A stretch of 64,000 nucleotides of DNA from Octopus sinensis (GCF_006345805.1 NC_043006.1:15128001-15192000), one strand, 5' to 3'. Counted from the stretch's first letter, positions 13,280 to 24,900 are shown. Program-made: numbers and translations. The notes: generated from the sequence alone by a model not told the origin.

Positions 13280-13723
13280 CTCTTACTCTTTTACTTGTTT
13301 CAGTCATGTGACTGCAGCCATGCTGGAGCACCACCTTTAGTCGAGCAAATCTACCCCAGGACTTATTCTTTGTAATCCTAGTATTTATTGTATCGTTCTC
13401 TTTTGCCGAACTGCCAAGTTACGGGTGCGTAAACACACCAGAATCGGTTGTCAAGCGATGTTGGTAGTGGGGACAAACACAGACACACAAACATATCCAC
13501 ACTCACGCACACACACACATATACGTACACATATATATATATCTTTATATATATATACATATATACGACGGGCTTCTTTCAGTTTCCATCTACCAAATCG
13601 ACTCACAAGGCTTTGGTCGGCCCGAGGCTATAGTAGAAGACACTTGCCCAAGGTACCACGTAGTGGGACTGAACCCGGAACCATGTGGTTAGTAAGCAAG
13701 CTACTTACCACAAAGCCACTCCT
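13280..13723 (-). mobile_element. SINE family B, full length
   Basis: Head aggagtggctttgtggtaagtagc through the tail gactgaaacaagtaaaagag. Confidence 0.9.
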
Positions 13724-13763
13724 ACGCCTTGTTCACTTATCTGGAGAAATTTGTCGGATTCGT

Positions 13764-14200
13764 CGAAAATTTTACCCAAAAATTTTTGCCGAAAATTTTA
13801 CCCAATAATTTTTCGAAAATTTTCACCGAAAATTTTAACCAAAAATTTTACAGAAAAATTTTTCGAAAATTTTCACCAAAAATTTTTCTAAAATTTTTGC
13901 CGAAAATTTTACCCAAAAAGTTTTCGAAAATTTTCACCGAAAATTTTTGCCGAAAATTTTACCCAAAAATTTTTGCCGAAAATTTTACCCAAAAATTTTT
14001 CGAAAATTTTCACTGAAAATTTTACCCAAAAATTTTTCGAAAACTTTCACCGAAAATTTTACCCAAAAATATTTCGAAACTTTTACCTAAAAATTTTTCG
14101 AAAATTTTACCCAAAAATTTTTCGAAAATTTAACCGATAATTTTTGCCGAACATTTTACCCAAAAATGTTTCGAAAATTTTTCGAAAATTTTACCCCAAA
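13764..14200. repeat. About 12/24 bp AAAATTTT-core satellite
   Basis: Recurrent cgaaaattttac, ccaaaaattttt and gccgaaaatttt monomers. Confidence 0.95.
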
Positions 14201-14439
14201 ATAACAACAAACCTTTTTAATGTATCCCCATTCATGTGAAACCACTTATTCAAGTTCAAGTCATCGATGCAATTTTATACGAATTGCTAATACACACACA
14301 CATAATAAGGGTGAAAAATTGAATATTAATTTGATTAATATGAATTGAAAACCACTGGTGTAGCATATAAGACGATAGCGGATCTTCTAGTAAAAAGGAT
14401 GACCAGTATTAATTGCTCATCCATTTTATATAAATACTT

Positions 14440-14645
14440 TCACTTTAATTGTTGCACACTTATTGAGTTTTCTCGAATTTTTGTATAATTGGAGGTGAAA
14501 TTGAAAAAACTTTACATGCCATGACCCAATGGAATCTACTTGGAAAAATGATAGGTAAATTCCAATTGAAGAAATTCTATATTGTAGAATTGTATAAAAA
14601 ACGAACGGTTCAGGAGGCAGAGAAAATCTGCCTTTTATCATAAGA
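14440..14645 (-). pseudogene. Possible highly decayed PLE GIY-YIG fragment
   Basis: Hand translation ..FFNWNLPII..SRFHWVMACKV loosely resembles the W-x-I...C region of the GIY-YIG remnants at 54899 and 59812. Confidence 0.25.
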
Positions 14646-15630
14646 GATATAGATACATATATACATATATTTATATTTATATATGTATATACATATGCAT
14701 ATACATAAATATATATATATATACATACACACATACACACACATATATATATGTATACGTACATGGACACAAAATACCTACCTACATACATACATTACAC
14801 ACGCACACACACACACACACACACACCACACACACACACACATATATATATATATACGCACTTACATTTTTACGCAGATGCAAACAAAATGTTCACTACT
14901 GATAGCATATTATTATGTGTGTGTGTGTGTGTGTGTGTATACACATACAGACTGACATGCGCGCGCGAACACAGTCATATCTGCACACATATATGGTTAT
15001 GACAGTGTATCTATAGATATACATATATATGTATACTTATCTATAGTAGTAAAAGTGAAATTCTGTCTGTCCGTCTGGATCCCCTGTATCTCAGTCTACA
15101 CTAGCTTTACATAGACCTATACCTTTTGGGAATCAGGACAGTCCCAGGATTGGAAATTTGCCCTTCATTTGGTTCTTGAAATCCAGCATTGAGATCTGAT
15201 TTAAAAGCATTTGGGTTGCTATTTCTAGCAGGTAAAGCTTGGCTGATTCTCACCATTTTGGTTGGCGTTTGTCATATGACATCAAAAATCAAGGGAAGAT
15301 AAATGACATTAGCTTCGTTAATTTTGCGCGGAGATAAGAACTTTTGGACAAATTGACTAACAGTTGGAATTCAACTTGGGACTGGAGCAATAGAATGATT
15401 GCCTTACAAGATTAATACCCATCTGTCTTTAACCTCTGATCAAACACCACCAGGCATACAGTCATTATAATCGTATTGTAGTCATGCTATTTAGCTGTCC
15501 TTAGTTTCGAGCCACAGGTCCAATTAGCCCTCTGCAGGAGCTAGCCCAAAGTCAGTATGGAGTGCGGCTTTTAAGGTAGTAAATAAAAATATTTTTATAT
15601 ACGTATATTTATATATACATACGTATATAT

Positions 15631-15676
<46 letters not shown>

Positions 15677-15717
15677 TATATATATATACATACATACATA
15701 TATATATATACATATAC

Positions 15718-15749
<32 letters not shown>

Positions 15750-15757
15750 CTATCTAT

Positions 15758-15790
<33 letters not shown>

Positions 15791-15854
15791 GATATATATA
15801 CATATATATAAAGCTAAATTTATATGTTCTAAAATTGCAGAAGAATTTGTTACT

Positions 15855-15927
15855 GGGCAGTTTATCTTAATGGTAAAGCACTCGACGCGTATTCACAGGG
15901 ATGTGAGTTCGAGTCTCACGGTTGGCC
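15855..15927 (+). pseudogene. Decayed tRNA-like sequence or SINE head
   Basis: D-loop taatggta, perfect T arm gtgag-ttcgagt-ctcac; imperfect acceptor and anticodon stems. Confidence 0.5.
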
Positions 15928-16304
15928 GGTAGCGTATTTTTCTGCAATGTATGGATAATTTACCCTGTTCACGCTATTTTGTTAGCATTATCACGCGTTT
16001 GAGAATAAAAATTTTTATTTCTGTATCTTTCAATACATCTCAACGCTTCTAAGACAAATTTGTTTACTGTCATCGTGAGTTATATATATGTGCATACATA
16101 CATGTAACGAATTTTTTTTTTACAATGTATCATGAATTTGAATGCCTCTAGAATTAAATAAAAGATGAGAATATATTGTGTTAAAAAAAAAGAAGCAGAT
16201 GATCTTAATACCGTCCCACCAGACAAAACTCACTGACTTCAAACTGTTTCTATTAGACTCAGTTTACGACGTGTTCCGAATAGGGATCCGACTAAACCAC
16301 GAGC

Positions 16305-16505
16305 TCGCAGAAAGGTTAGCACACCGGACGAATTGCATAGCAGTTTTTCGTCTGTCTTTATGTTCTGAGCTCAAATTCCGCCGAGGTCGAATTTGTCTTT
16401 CATCCTTTAGGGCTCGATAAATTAAGTACCAGTTGCATACTGGGGTCGATCTAATCGACTGGCCCCCTCAACAAAAATTTAGGGCCTTGTGCCTAGATTA
16501 GAAAA
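16305..16505 (+). mobile_element. SINE family C monomer, diverged
   Basis: gagctcgcagaaaggttagcac head; gggccttgtgcctagattagaaa tail. Confidence 0.8.
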
Positions 16506-17389
16506 TAATAGGGATCTAACTATAAATAATAGGGTAACTTACTTTGTTGCATACGAGCAAAGTTATTTTGTAGTTTCCGAATATAAAGTTCTAGTTTTTC
16601 TGATATTCATAATGATTTCTCATCTGATTGCAGCTGACCTGGAATATATTTTTATAAGTTGTAAATCTCACCTTGTTTATAACGTATATGAAGTCTATTT
16701 CAATTTAAAAAAACAACTCCTTATTCCTATGCATTTACGAATACGCTCTTGTACAATTGTTCTCAACCGGGTGATGGCTGTCAACTTGTTAATCGAATAT
16801 GACTTTGCAACACCAACACTGACAGGATACATGTACATGAGACCTAGACTAGTTAAAACAACAACAACACACAACCACTCGAGTAATACACGAAAAGCCA
16901 TTAACGTAGCATAATTTAGTGACTTCAATGATATTTACACTTTAATTGTTGTTATATGCAGAATAAAATGTTTAAAGAAAAATAAATAAATAAAATAAGT
17001 TAACCAAAAATTATTTACCTATTGAAATCGATAAATAAATTCGATTCAGAACTATCAATAAGAAAAATTTATAGAGTAAAATATTTACAGTTCAGAAAAT
17101 TACAGACAGTTAGAGATAGTCTGTATTGGTACGTGACAGGAAACAAGTCTGACCCAGCAAGAGATAAACAATTTTTCCACATATAAAACATGGAATCGTT
17201 TGATTTAGTTGTGAAGACTGTTGCAGACTTTAACATTTTATTTTCCTAGTCTACCCAGATTTATTTCTGTAGGTTTTATTATAAATAGAGCGAGATTATT
17301 CAACAGATCTGATAGTTTGTACACTCATTTGATTTTTAGTATAGAACGCAAACATCACTAATGAAATCGCTCTAATAATATGAAGTGCT

Positions 17390-18230
17390 TCCTATATACT
17401 AACCATACCTCGCATGAGTAAAGAAGGGATGAAAGCATGCATGCCCGGTACACTGCAACCTTTGTGTTTTCGGTAGAATCTCTATTAGACCGAACTCGCT
17501 CCTCAAGATTCTTGAAACCTGAGATGCTTTTTGATGACAGTTGGTTATTTCCTCATCTAATAAGCAAACACAATTCAACACCCTTCCAAGATATCTAAAT
17601 TTGTCCACAGAAGGCAGCGAGCTGGCAGAAACGTTAGCACGTCGGACGAAATGCTTAGCGGTATTTCGTCTGCCGTTACGTTTCTGAGTTCAAATTCCGC
17701 CGAGGTCGACTTTATCTTTCATCCTTTCGGGGGTCGATAAATTAAGTACCAGTTACGCACTGGGGTCGATATAATCGACTTAATCCGTTTGTCTGTCCTT
17801 GTTTGTCCCCTCTGTGTGTAGCCCCTTGTGGGTAGTAAAGAAATAGGTATTTAAATTTGTCCACAGCATTCAATTTTGTATTTTGAATAAAAATCACAGG
17901 TTTATAGAACGGGTTGGAAGCTGATTGAAACATAACAGTTTTATTTAACCTTATAGTAAGTCAAAAAAGCCATACGGGATTCACCAAGTTTAAGCATTAG
18001 GCGCTGCATGTCTCTGATTGAATGGGTTACCACGTCACAGTCATCTGCATTCAGTACATTTCTTATAAGAAAGGTGAACGTCTTTGTTTTTGCTGAAAAC
18101 CTTTCCGAATTAAATAGTTTATCGGTGCTTCTGAAATAAGTATGTACACCTACCCTGCAATCTTGGAATGCATTCGCAAGCACAACCGAAGAATACAGAG
18201 AAAACAAAGTCAGAACATTATTTGGTGATG
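17390..18230 (-). pseudogene. RTE-clade LINE reverse transcriptase fragment interrupted by a SINE
   Basis: Peptides NADDCDVVTHSIRDMQRLM, TKLNAVDKFKYL and DKFRYLG..LDEEI..QKAS. Confidence 0.75.
17611..17851 (+). mobile_element. SINE family C monomer with 15 bp TSD
   Basis: TSD taaatttgtccacag at 17596-17610 and 17852-17866. Confidence 0.95.
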
Positions 18231-18252
18231 GTCAGGTCACACAAATATACAA

Positions 18253-18591
18253 TACTAGCACTATGACCCGGCAACGCCGGGTCATAGTGCTAGTGCATGC
18301 ATATACAGCTGTCCAAATCTCCGACCAATCACATACAGCTAGCTGGCATTCAATTGGCGTATCAAGTTTCGGGCATTTTGATTGGGTTTGGGATAGAAAA
18401 TTCACAAAAAGGTCACTTCTATTGATTTTTTTAATGGCTTTGCGGGGTGACTGGGAAAATGTAAAGATATGCACGACCACCTTTGGACGGTTTTGAATGA
18501 CCATAGAAAGTGCGAGCCCTCTAACTGAAAAATTGTGGATTTGTATAAAGGACACACACACAGACATTTTGCCGTTTATATATATTGAGAT
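18253..18591 (-). mobile_element. Non-autonomous Helitron-like element
   Basis: Minus strand starts a|TCtcaatatatataaacggc and ends in a GC hairpin then CTAG|t; 5' end matches the element at 28604. Confidence 0.7.
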
Positions 18592-18599
18592 TCTGGAAA

Positions 18600-18960
18600 G
18601 GAAAAGAATGAGAACGTATGATAGCAACTGTAGGATTTGCCATTAAAAATGAGATAGTGTCAAAGCTGAATGACTTATGAATGGATACTAACGAGTGAAT
18701 CATCGCTCTACGAATAAAATTAAGAGATAATTGTTATATAGGTACATATGCACCGACTCTAGACAGCAATGAAGAAACAAAACTCAGATTTTTATGAAGC
18801 TTTAAAAAGTATTTGCGTTGCGTAGCCAATTCTGATAAAAATTACATTACTTGGTGACTTTTACACTGATTGAAACACCTGGAGATGTCATGGAAGATAC
18901 GGGGTTGAGAAAATTAATGATAATGGTTTGCTACTGCATCAGCTTATTGAAATAATCGTG
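18600..18960 (+). pseudogene. RTE-clade LINE apurinic endonuclease fragment
   Basis: Hand translation VGFAIKNEIV, GTYAPTLDSNEETK and LLGDF. Confidence 0.7.
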
Positions 18961-18992
18961 ACCGGATAACAAATGTGATACTAATATCTTCA

Positions 18993-19377
18993 GTGGAGGC
19001 GCAATGGCCCAATGGTTAGGGCAGCGGACTCGCGGTCATAGGATCGCGGTTTCGATTCCCAGACCAGGCGTTGTGAGTGTTTATTGAGCGAAAACACCTA
19101 AAAAGCTCCACGAGCTCCGGCAGGGGATGGTGGTGATCCCTGCTGTACTCTTTCACCACAACTTTCTCTCATTCTTACTTCCTGTTTCTGTTGTACCTGT
19201 ATTTCAAGGGGCCGGCCTTGTCACTCTCTGTGTCACGCTGAATATCCCCGAGAACTACGTTAAGGGTGCATGTGTCTGTGGAGTGCTCAGCCACTTACAC
19301 GTTAATTTCACGAGCAGGCTGTTCCGTTGATTCGGATCAACCGGAACCCTCATCGTCGTAACCGACGGAGTGCTCCC
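18993..19377 (+). mobile_element. SINE family A (tRNA-derived head), full length with 13 bp TSD
   Basis: Head gtggaggcgcaatggcccaatggttaggg, B-box-like ggtttcgattccc; TSD actaatatcttca at 18980-18992 and 19378-19390. Confidence 0.95.
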
Positions 19378-20017
19378 ACTAATATCTTCATTCCTTCATC
19401 TCTTTTAGATAATCCTGATGCGTTTAGCTCAGCTGAATATCCCCGAGAACTACGTTAAGGGTGCACGTGTCTGTGGAGTGCTCAGCCACTTACACATTAA
19501 TTTCACGAGCAGGCTGTTCCGTTGATTCGGATCAACCGGAACCCTCATCGTCGTAACCGACGGAGTGCTCCCACTAATATCTTCATTCCTTCATCTCTTT
19601 TAGATAATCCTGATGCGTTTAGCTCAGCTGAATATCCCCGAGAACTACGTTAAGGATGCACGTGTCTGTGGAGTGCTCAGCCACTTACACATTAATTTCA
19701 CGAGCAGGCTGTTCCGTTGATTCGGATCAACCGGAACCCTCATCGTCGTAACCGACAGTGTGCTCCCACTAATATCTTCATTCCTTCATCTCTTTTAGAT
19801 AATCCTGATGCGTTTAGCTCAGCTGAATATCCCCGAGAACTACGTTAAGGGTGCACGTGTCTGTGGAGTGCTCAGCCACTTACACGTTAATTTCACGAGC
19901 AGGCTGTTCCGTTGATTCGGATCAACCGGAACCCTCATCGTCGTAACCGACGGAGTGCTCCCACTAATATCTTCATTCCTTCATCTCTTTTAGATAATCC
20001 TGATGCGTTTAGCTCAG
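19237..20017 (+). repeat. Four tandem 195 bp units made of the SINE A 3' part plus downstream flank
   Basis: gctgaatatcccc recurs at about 19237, 19432, 19627 and 19822. Confidence 0.95.
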
Positions 20018-20529
20018 TACTATAAAAGCTTAAAATTATTTCTATATCGCTGCTTGTATTGAATCCATAACAGTTGAGTGTTTTGGGTCCACTTTAGGTA
20101 TTTCGGTTTCCGCACATATTAAAGAATGATTTTATTTCACGATACTCCAGTTTTCATTAAATTTTGCTAATAATTTTAAGAATAAGAGAATTTCATGAAT
20201 AATACATTATATTATGTTCATCTATAGTTTCCGATGAAATAAATCCCTTTCACATTCAACATATTAATATGCTGAATGACATTTACATACCACAAAAAGA
20301 AAAACAAAACGTGAAATATACTGCTGATACGGAGACTGAGTGCCTTTCAGTATCAAAGGGCATTAGATATCAAACTACTATATACGTATTGGAAAACGAT
20401 TTTATTTCCGACATAAAAGATAACATTTCAAGAGAAATGGCATATTAAACAGAATATGCTTTCATTAAAAACAATTTATGGCTATTTTCCAGGCTGGCAA
20501 CGTCAGGTATTCTGCTAGTATATATATTA

Positions 20530-20560
<31 letters not shown>

Positions 20561-20615
20561 CTATATATATATTATATATATCATATATATATTATAGTAT
20601 ATAGGTATATATATA

Positions 20616-20697
<82 letters not shown>

Positions 20698-21091
20698 TAT
20701 CTACCCACACCAGACAAAGTTGCTAGCTACAATAAGTGTGTTTTGGTAAACATCTACTTCCGGAGAAATCTAATATACACACGATTCGATTTAATTGCTT
20801 AAAGGTCAGAGCTACAGTAAATATATGAAGAAGCAAAGTTTCAATTTAACATTTAGTAATTTCCAATCTTAAAGTGGTAATTACATATTATGTATATATG
20901 TATGTGTGTGTGTGTGTGTGTGTTGTGTGTGTGTTGTGTGTGTGTATAACTGCGCACATTTGTATACATGTACACAACTATAGTCAAACACTCGAATATA
21001 TATTTACTCATTTGTTCTCCCCCCCCCCCTACTCACATAGCCATATATACATATATAAGCACACAAATATATATGTATATATATATATATC

Positions 21092-21182
<91 letters not shown>

Positions 21183-21190
21183 ATATATAT

Positions 21191-21210
21191 ATATTGCTTC
21201 AGCAATACAA

Positions 21211-21246
<36 letters not shown>

Positions 21247-21294
21247 GGCCCCTGCACAAGGATGACACGCAAATTCGTGAAGTGTTCCATATTT
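21191..21294 (+). pseudogene. U6: Full-length U6 snRNA retrocopy
   Basis: atattgcttcagcaatacaaatactaaaattggaacgatacagagaagattagcatggcccctgcacaaggatgacacgcaaattcgtgaagtgttccatattt matches canonical U6 with CpG-type changes; only (TA)n upstream. Confidence 0.95.
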
Positions 21295-21360
21295 ATAAAC
21301 AGCGGTGGTGCCCCAGCGTGGCCGCGGCCTTCGGGCTAAAACATTTTTAAGCATTTAAGG
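21295..21360 (+). mobile_element. Retroposon 3' tail fused to U6
   Basis: ggtggtgccccagcgtggccgcggccttcgggctaaaaca aligns with the SINE B tail ggcggtgctccagcatggccgcagtcaaatgactgaaaca. Confidence 0.7.
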
Positions 21361-21363
21361 AAT

Positions 21364-21443
<80 letters not shown>

Positions 21444-21677
21444 TATATAATATATATATATATCTATATATTATTATATATATATATATTTGAGTAATTG
21501 AATGAATTATCTTATTAAGGATAATTCAAAAGCTAACCGATACCTGGGTAGCAAATTCACATCAGAAAGAACACGGTTGAAGCTACGTCCCTGGGGCATA
21601 GACTACGTGTCTTCGTGCGGAAATTTGTATGTTTATTTTAAAATTATAAGTATATGAAAGAATGGAGTTGAACGATA

Positions 21678-21774
21678 TCCTTTATTCTCGACATATGTTT
21701 CGAAGGCTGCATATTCCTAATTCTGAGGGAATAAGGAGTACATAATGCAGATTTCTCGTCAGGAAAATCAAGGA
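21678..21774 (-). ncRNA. Type I hammerhead ribozyme, canonical core, GUC site
   Basis: Minus strand TCCTTGATTTTC-CTGACGA-GAA..CTGCAT..ATGCAG..TTC-GAAA-CATATG-TC-GAGAATAAAGGA: about 12 bp stem I, long stem II, palindromic stem III ACAUAUGU. Confidence 0.8.
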
Positions 21775-22574
21775 ACTTATGTCGACATCAAAATGCACAA
21801 AAAACTTTTAGCTGACCGCTCTCAAGGAGCCCATGACGATAATGAGTGTCTCTTTATAATGAGTGACGTCAGATTGGCTGAATGTAGAAGAATCTAGAAG
21901 TTTCTAAAGGTTCAAGAGTTCAAACGAAGTAGGAGGAGGGAAGCATAAGAATAGTAAGGTGAGAGAGTGCAGGTCAAAAGAATGGTGGGTTTAAATGATT
22001 TCTTTTGTGAATGAGTGCCTGTGTGTGTGACTGTATATAACTGTCTTAAAGTGTGTATGTGTGTGTCTGAATGCGTGATTGTGTTTGTAGATGGGTAGAT
22101 GTCAGAAAACTGACAGCTGTGAGGTGAAAGATCTGTGTCTGTGTGTTCGATTATGTTTACTGTAGAGAAAGGAAGTGAGAAAGAATGGGGCGAGGTGAGA
22201 GGCAACGCAAGAATGGATAGTAGTAATTGGGAATATAAGAAAATCTTTTTGACTATTGGGGTGAAATATAGGAAAAAGTTTTTTGGAAATCGAGGGGTTA
22301 TCTATATTAGTCACTATTTATATGAGTGAAAGGTGTGTCTTTTCCAGTGTAAACACCTGTAGGTAACCCCTCGATTTCCAAAAAAATTTTTCCTATATTT
22401 CACCCAATAGTCAAAAAGAGTTTGTTTGAACTCTTGAACATTTAGAAACTTCTAGATTCTTCTACATTCAGCCACTCTGACGTCACTCATTATAAAGAGA
22501 CACTCATTATCGTCATGGGCTCCTTGAGAGCGGTCAGCTAAAAGTTTTTTGTGCATTTTGATGTCGACATAAGT

Positions 22575-22671
22575 TCCTTGATTTTCCTGACGAGAAATCT
22601 GCATAATGTACTCCTTATTCCCTCGGAATTAGGAATATGCAGCCATCGAAACATATGTTGAGAATAAAGGA
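22575..22671 (+). ncRNA. Type I hammerhead, second copy with GUU site and one stem II mismatch
   Basis: tccttgattttcCTGACGAgaa...atcGAAAcatatgTTgagaataaagga. Confidence 0.7.
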
Positions 22672-22791
22672 TATTTGTTAACTAGTCGTTCAACTCCATT
22701 CTTTCATATACTTATATATATATATATATATATATTATATAATGAATATATACAAGCATATCTTCATATACATATGTTTATATATAATATA

Positions 22792-22839
<48 letters not shown>

Positions 22840-22924
22840 TTATAATATATATATGCATATATACATACATATATGTACTTACTTGCATATATATATATAT
22901 ATATATTATATAATGCATGTATGG

Positions 22925-23130
22925 GTACAGGATGTCATAAAACGTAAACAACATGAAATACGAAATACGAAAACATGGAATACGAACTTTTTTCCGAACA
23001 ACGAAAGAAACAAATGGAAAACAAGGCAAGTAACATAAAGAACGACCCTTCATCAGGTGTCGGCTGTTTATCTACTCCTCATTTCGAACAATTACAAGAT
23101 GTGTCTTCGAGAAAACTGTTGCTCCCGCAA
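22925..23130 (-). mobile_element. Unclassified repeat related to 44905-44990, with a partial hammerhead core
   Basis: Shared tacaggac/atgtcaaaaaacg and aacataaagaa..cccttcatca blocks; minus strand gacacCTGATGAaggg lacks a downstream GAAA. Confidence 0.5.
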
Positions 23131-23149
23131 AGCAAAATAAAATTAGCGA

Positions 23150-23607
23150 AATTGTTGATTTGACTGGTGTGTTCTGGAGCTCATGTCAACGGATTTTGAG
23201 TGAAGAATTGCAAATGAAAAAAGTTGCAGCAAAATTTGTACCTCGTTTGCTCACGGAAGATTAAAAGCAGTCACGACTGAATGCGTGACCCTGCTTACCC
23301 TCCTTCCCTATTCCCCCGATCTTGCTCACTGTGACTTGGTTTTGTTCTCCCCGAATGAAAAAAAAGTTCTTAAAGGTAAACATTTTGCAGATGCGAAAGA
23401 GGTGGAGAAAAAAAGGCACGACGGAAACGTTAAAAGGCATCACTTCTCAAGAGTTCCAGCGCTGCCTCGAACAGTGGAAAACGCGTCTGGACCGATGCGT
23501 TGCTTCAAATGGAGATTACTTTGAAGGCGATAAAAGTGTAAACATGTTAAACTAAGTGGATAAAACAATATTGCAAAATTCTGGTTTCTTCTTATGTACC
23601 CCTCGTA
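23150..23607 (+). mobile_element. Internally deleted mariner remnant
   Basis: Peptides LQMKKVAAKFVPRLL, PYSPDLAHCD and EQWKTRLDRCVASNGDYFEGD; end tacccctcgta. Confidence 0.9.
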
Positions 23608-23881
23608 CATAACGATAATGCGCTATTCATCTCTATAGACGAGGCATTTCTCTGACATTACATATGCAGTCTTGAGGCTAGAAATGTTATAGTATCGGGG
23701 TGGTGGTAAACAACCGGTTTTTACGCACATTAAGATCAAACTTGCCTTTTACTCCCCCCTCCCACGGGGCGATAAAATTAAGTACCTGTAAAGTACTAGT
23801 GTTGATGGTATCGACTAATACTCTCACCTCAGAATTTCTGGCTTCGTGCCTAAATTAGAAACCACTTCTGCTACATACGAA

Positions 23882-24115
23882 GGCGGCGAGCTGGCAGAAT
23901 CGTTAGCACGCCGTGCAAAATGCTTAGCGGTATTTCGTCTACCGCTACGTTCTGAGTTCAAATTCCGCCGAGGTCGACTTTTCCTTTCATCCTTTCGGGG
24001 GTCGATTAAATAAGTAGCAGTTACGCACTGGGGTCGATATAATCGACTTCATCCGTTTGTTTGTCCTTGTTTGTCTCCTCTGTGTTTAGCCCCTTGTGGG
24101 TAGTAAAGAAATAAA
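23882..24115 (+). mobile_element. SINE family C monomer, followed by decayed C-like copies to about 24500
   Basis: Family consensus head and tail. Confidence 0.9.
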
Positions 24116-24745
24116 AATTGTTAGAGACTTGGAAAATATTTTTTCTGGCTCTTTACGTTCTGATTTCAAATCCCACTGTGGTCAAATTTACCTTCCTTCA
24201 TTTCGGAGTCGATGAAATAAAGTACCAGCAAAGTAGTCGGGCCGATGATATCGACTTATTCCATCACCTCAAAATTGCTGGCTTTGTACCCCCAAAACTC
24301 AGAAACCATTACGTAGTCCACCTTTAATCGTTGAAGTATCGGAGAGACTGCTTTGCAGCCTGTTACTAAGGTTCTTTACTCTCTGAGTTTGAATTCAACT
24401 AAGATCAACTTAGCTCTTCATCCTTATGGGGGATGAATAAAATACCAGTCAAGTATTGGTGTCGATGTAATTGACTAATTTTTCTCTTTCATTTTCGGGT
24501 CTTATATCCATGTCTAGAAATAATTTCACGGGAATCCTTTTATGTTGGAAAGTTAGATACGGTATTTCTATATAGCATTTAATTTCGGCTTCATTGCTTG
24601 CTGGCATGTGGGGTCTTTCATCTTAAGTAGTATAATAGTTGTTGTTGTTCTTGTTGTTTAGTCACAGGCGAGCCAAACACAGCAGACCATCATCAAAGAC
24701 GTTTTAGCCTTGATCATCTTATTATTTTTTGGTATGTGGGCGCAT

Positions 24746-24900
24746 GAGTGGCTGTGTGGTAAGTAGCTCGCTTACCAACTACTTGGTTCCGGGTTCATTC
24801 TCACTGCGTGGCAACTTGGCCAAGTGTCTTCTACTATAGCCTCGGGCCAACCAAAGCCTTGGAAGTGAATTGGGTAGACGGAAACTGAAAAGAGGCCCGT
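24746..24900 (+). mobile_element. SINE family B 5' half
   Basis: gagtggctgtgtggtaagtagc...gacggaaactgaaaagaggcccgt, cut at the palindrome junction. Confidence 0.85.

Larger units (their letters stand above)
21645..22716. repeat. Foldback structure: about 280 bp inverted arms (21645-21925, 22424-22716) plus inner inverted repeat (22244-22300, 22364-22419)
   Basis: Arms are reverse complements with few mismatches and one short insertion in the right arm. Confidence 0.95.

Noticed and set aside
16489-16914. 141 aa ORF as a host gene
   Set aside because: Starts inside a SINE tail, AT-rich, no recognisable domain
19127-19330. Recurrent 67 aa ORF MVVIPAVLFHHNF... at five loci
   Set aside because: It lies inside near-identical SINE A copies; recurrence reflects copy youth, not coding selection
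19237-20017. Regularly spaced repeats resembling a CRISPR array
   Set aside because: Whole units are duplicated with no unique spacers, there are no cas genes and the context is eukaryotic
21191-21294. Functional U6 gene
   Set aside because: CpG-type substitutions in the 5' loop, ISL and 3' stem, short U tail, fused retroposon tail and no promoter context
20520-21490. Phase flips (TT/AA) in long (TA)n tracts as a coded pattern
   Set aside because: Explained by slippage or by sequencing and assembly error in AT repeats
21926-22243. Segment missing from the right arm as a spliced PLE intron
   Set aside because: Borders are not GT-AG in the ribozyme-sense strand, and a plus-strand GT-AG splice would not reproduce the observed junction
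23040-23075. Hammerhead at gacacCTGATGAaggg (minus strand; similar at 44975)
   Set aside because: No stem II closure or GAAA downstream; at most a truncated remnant
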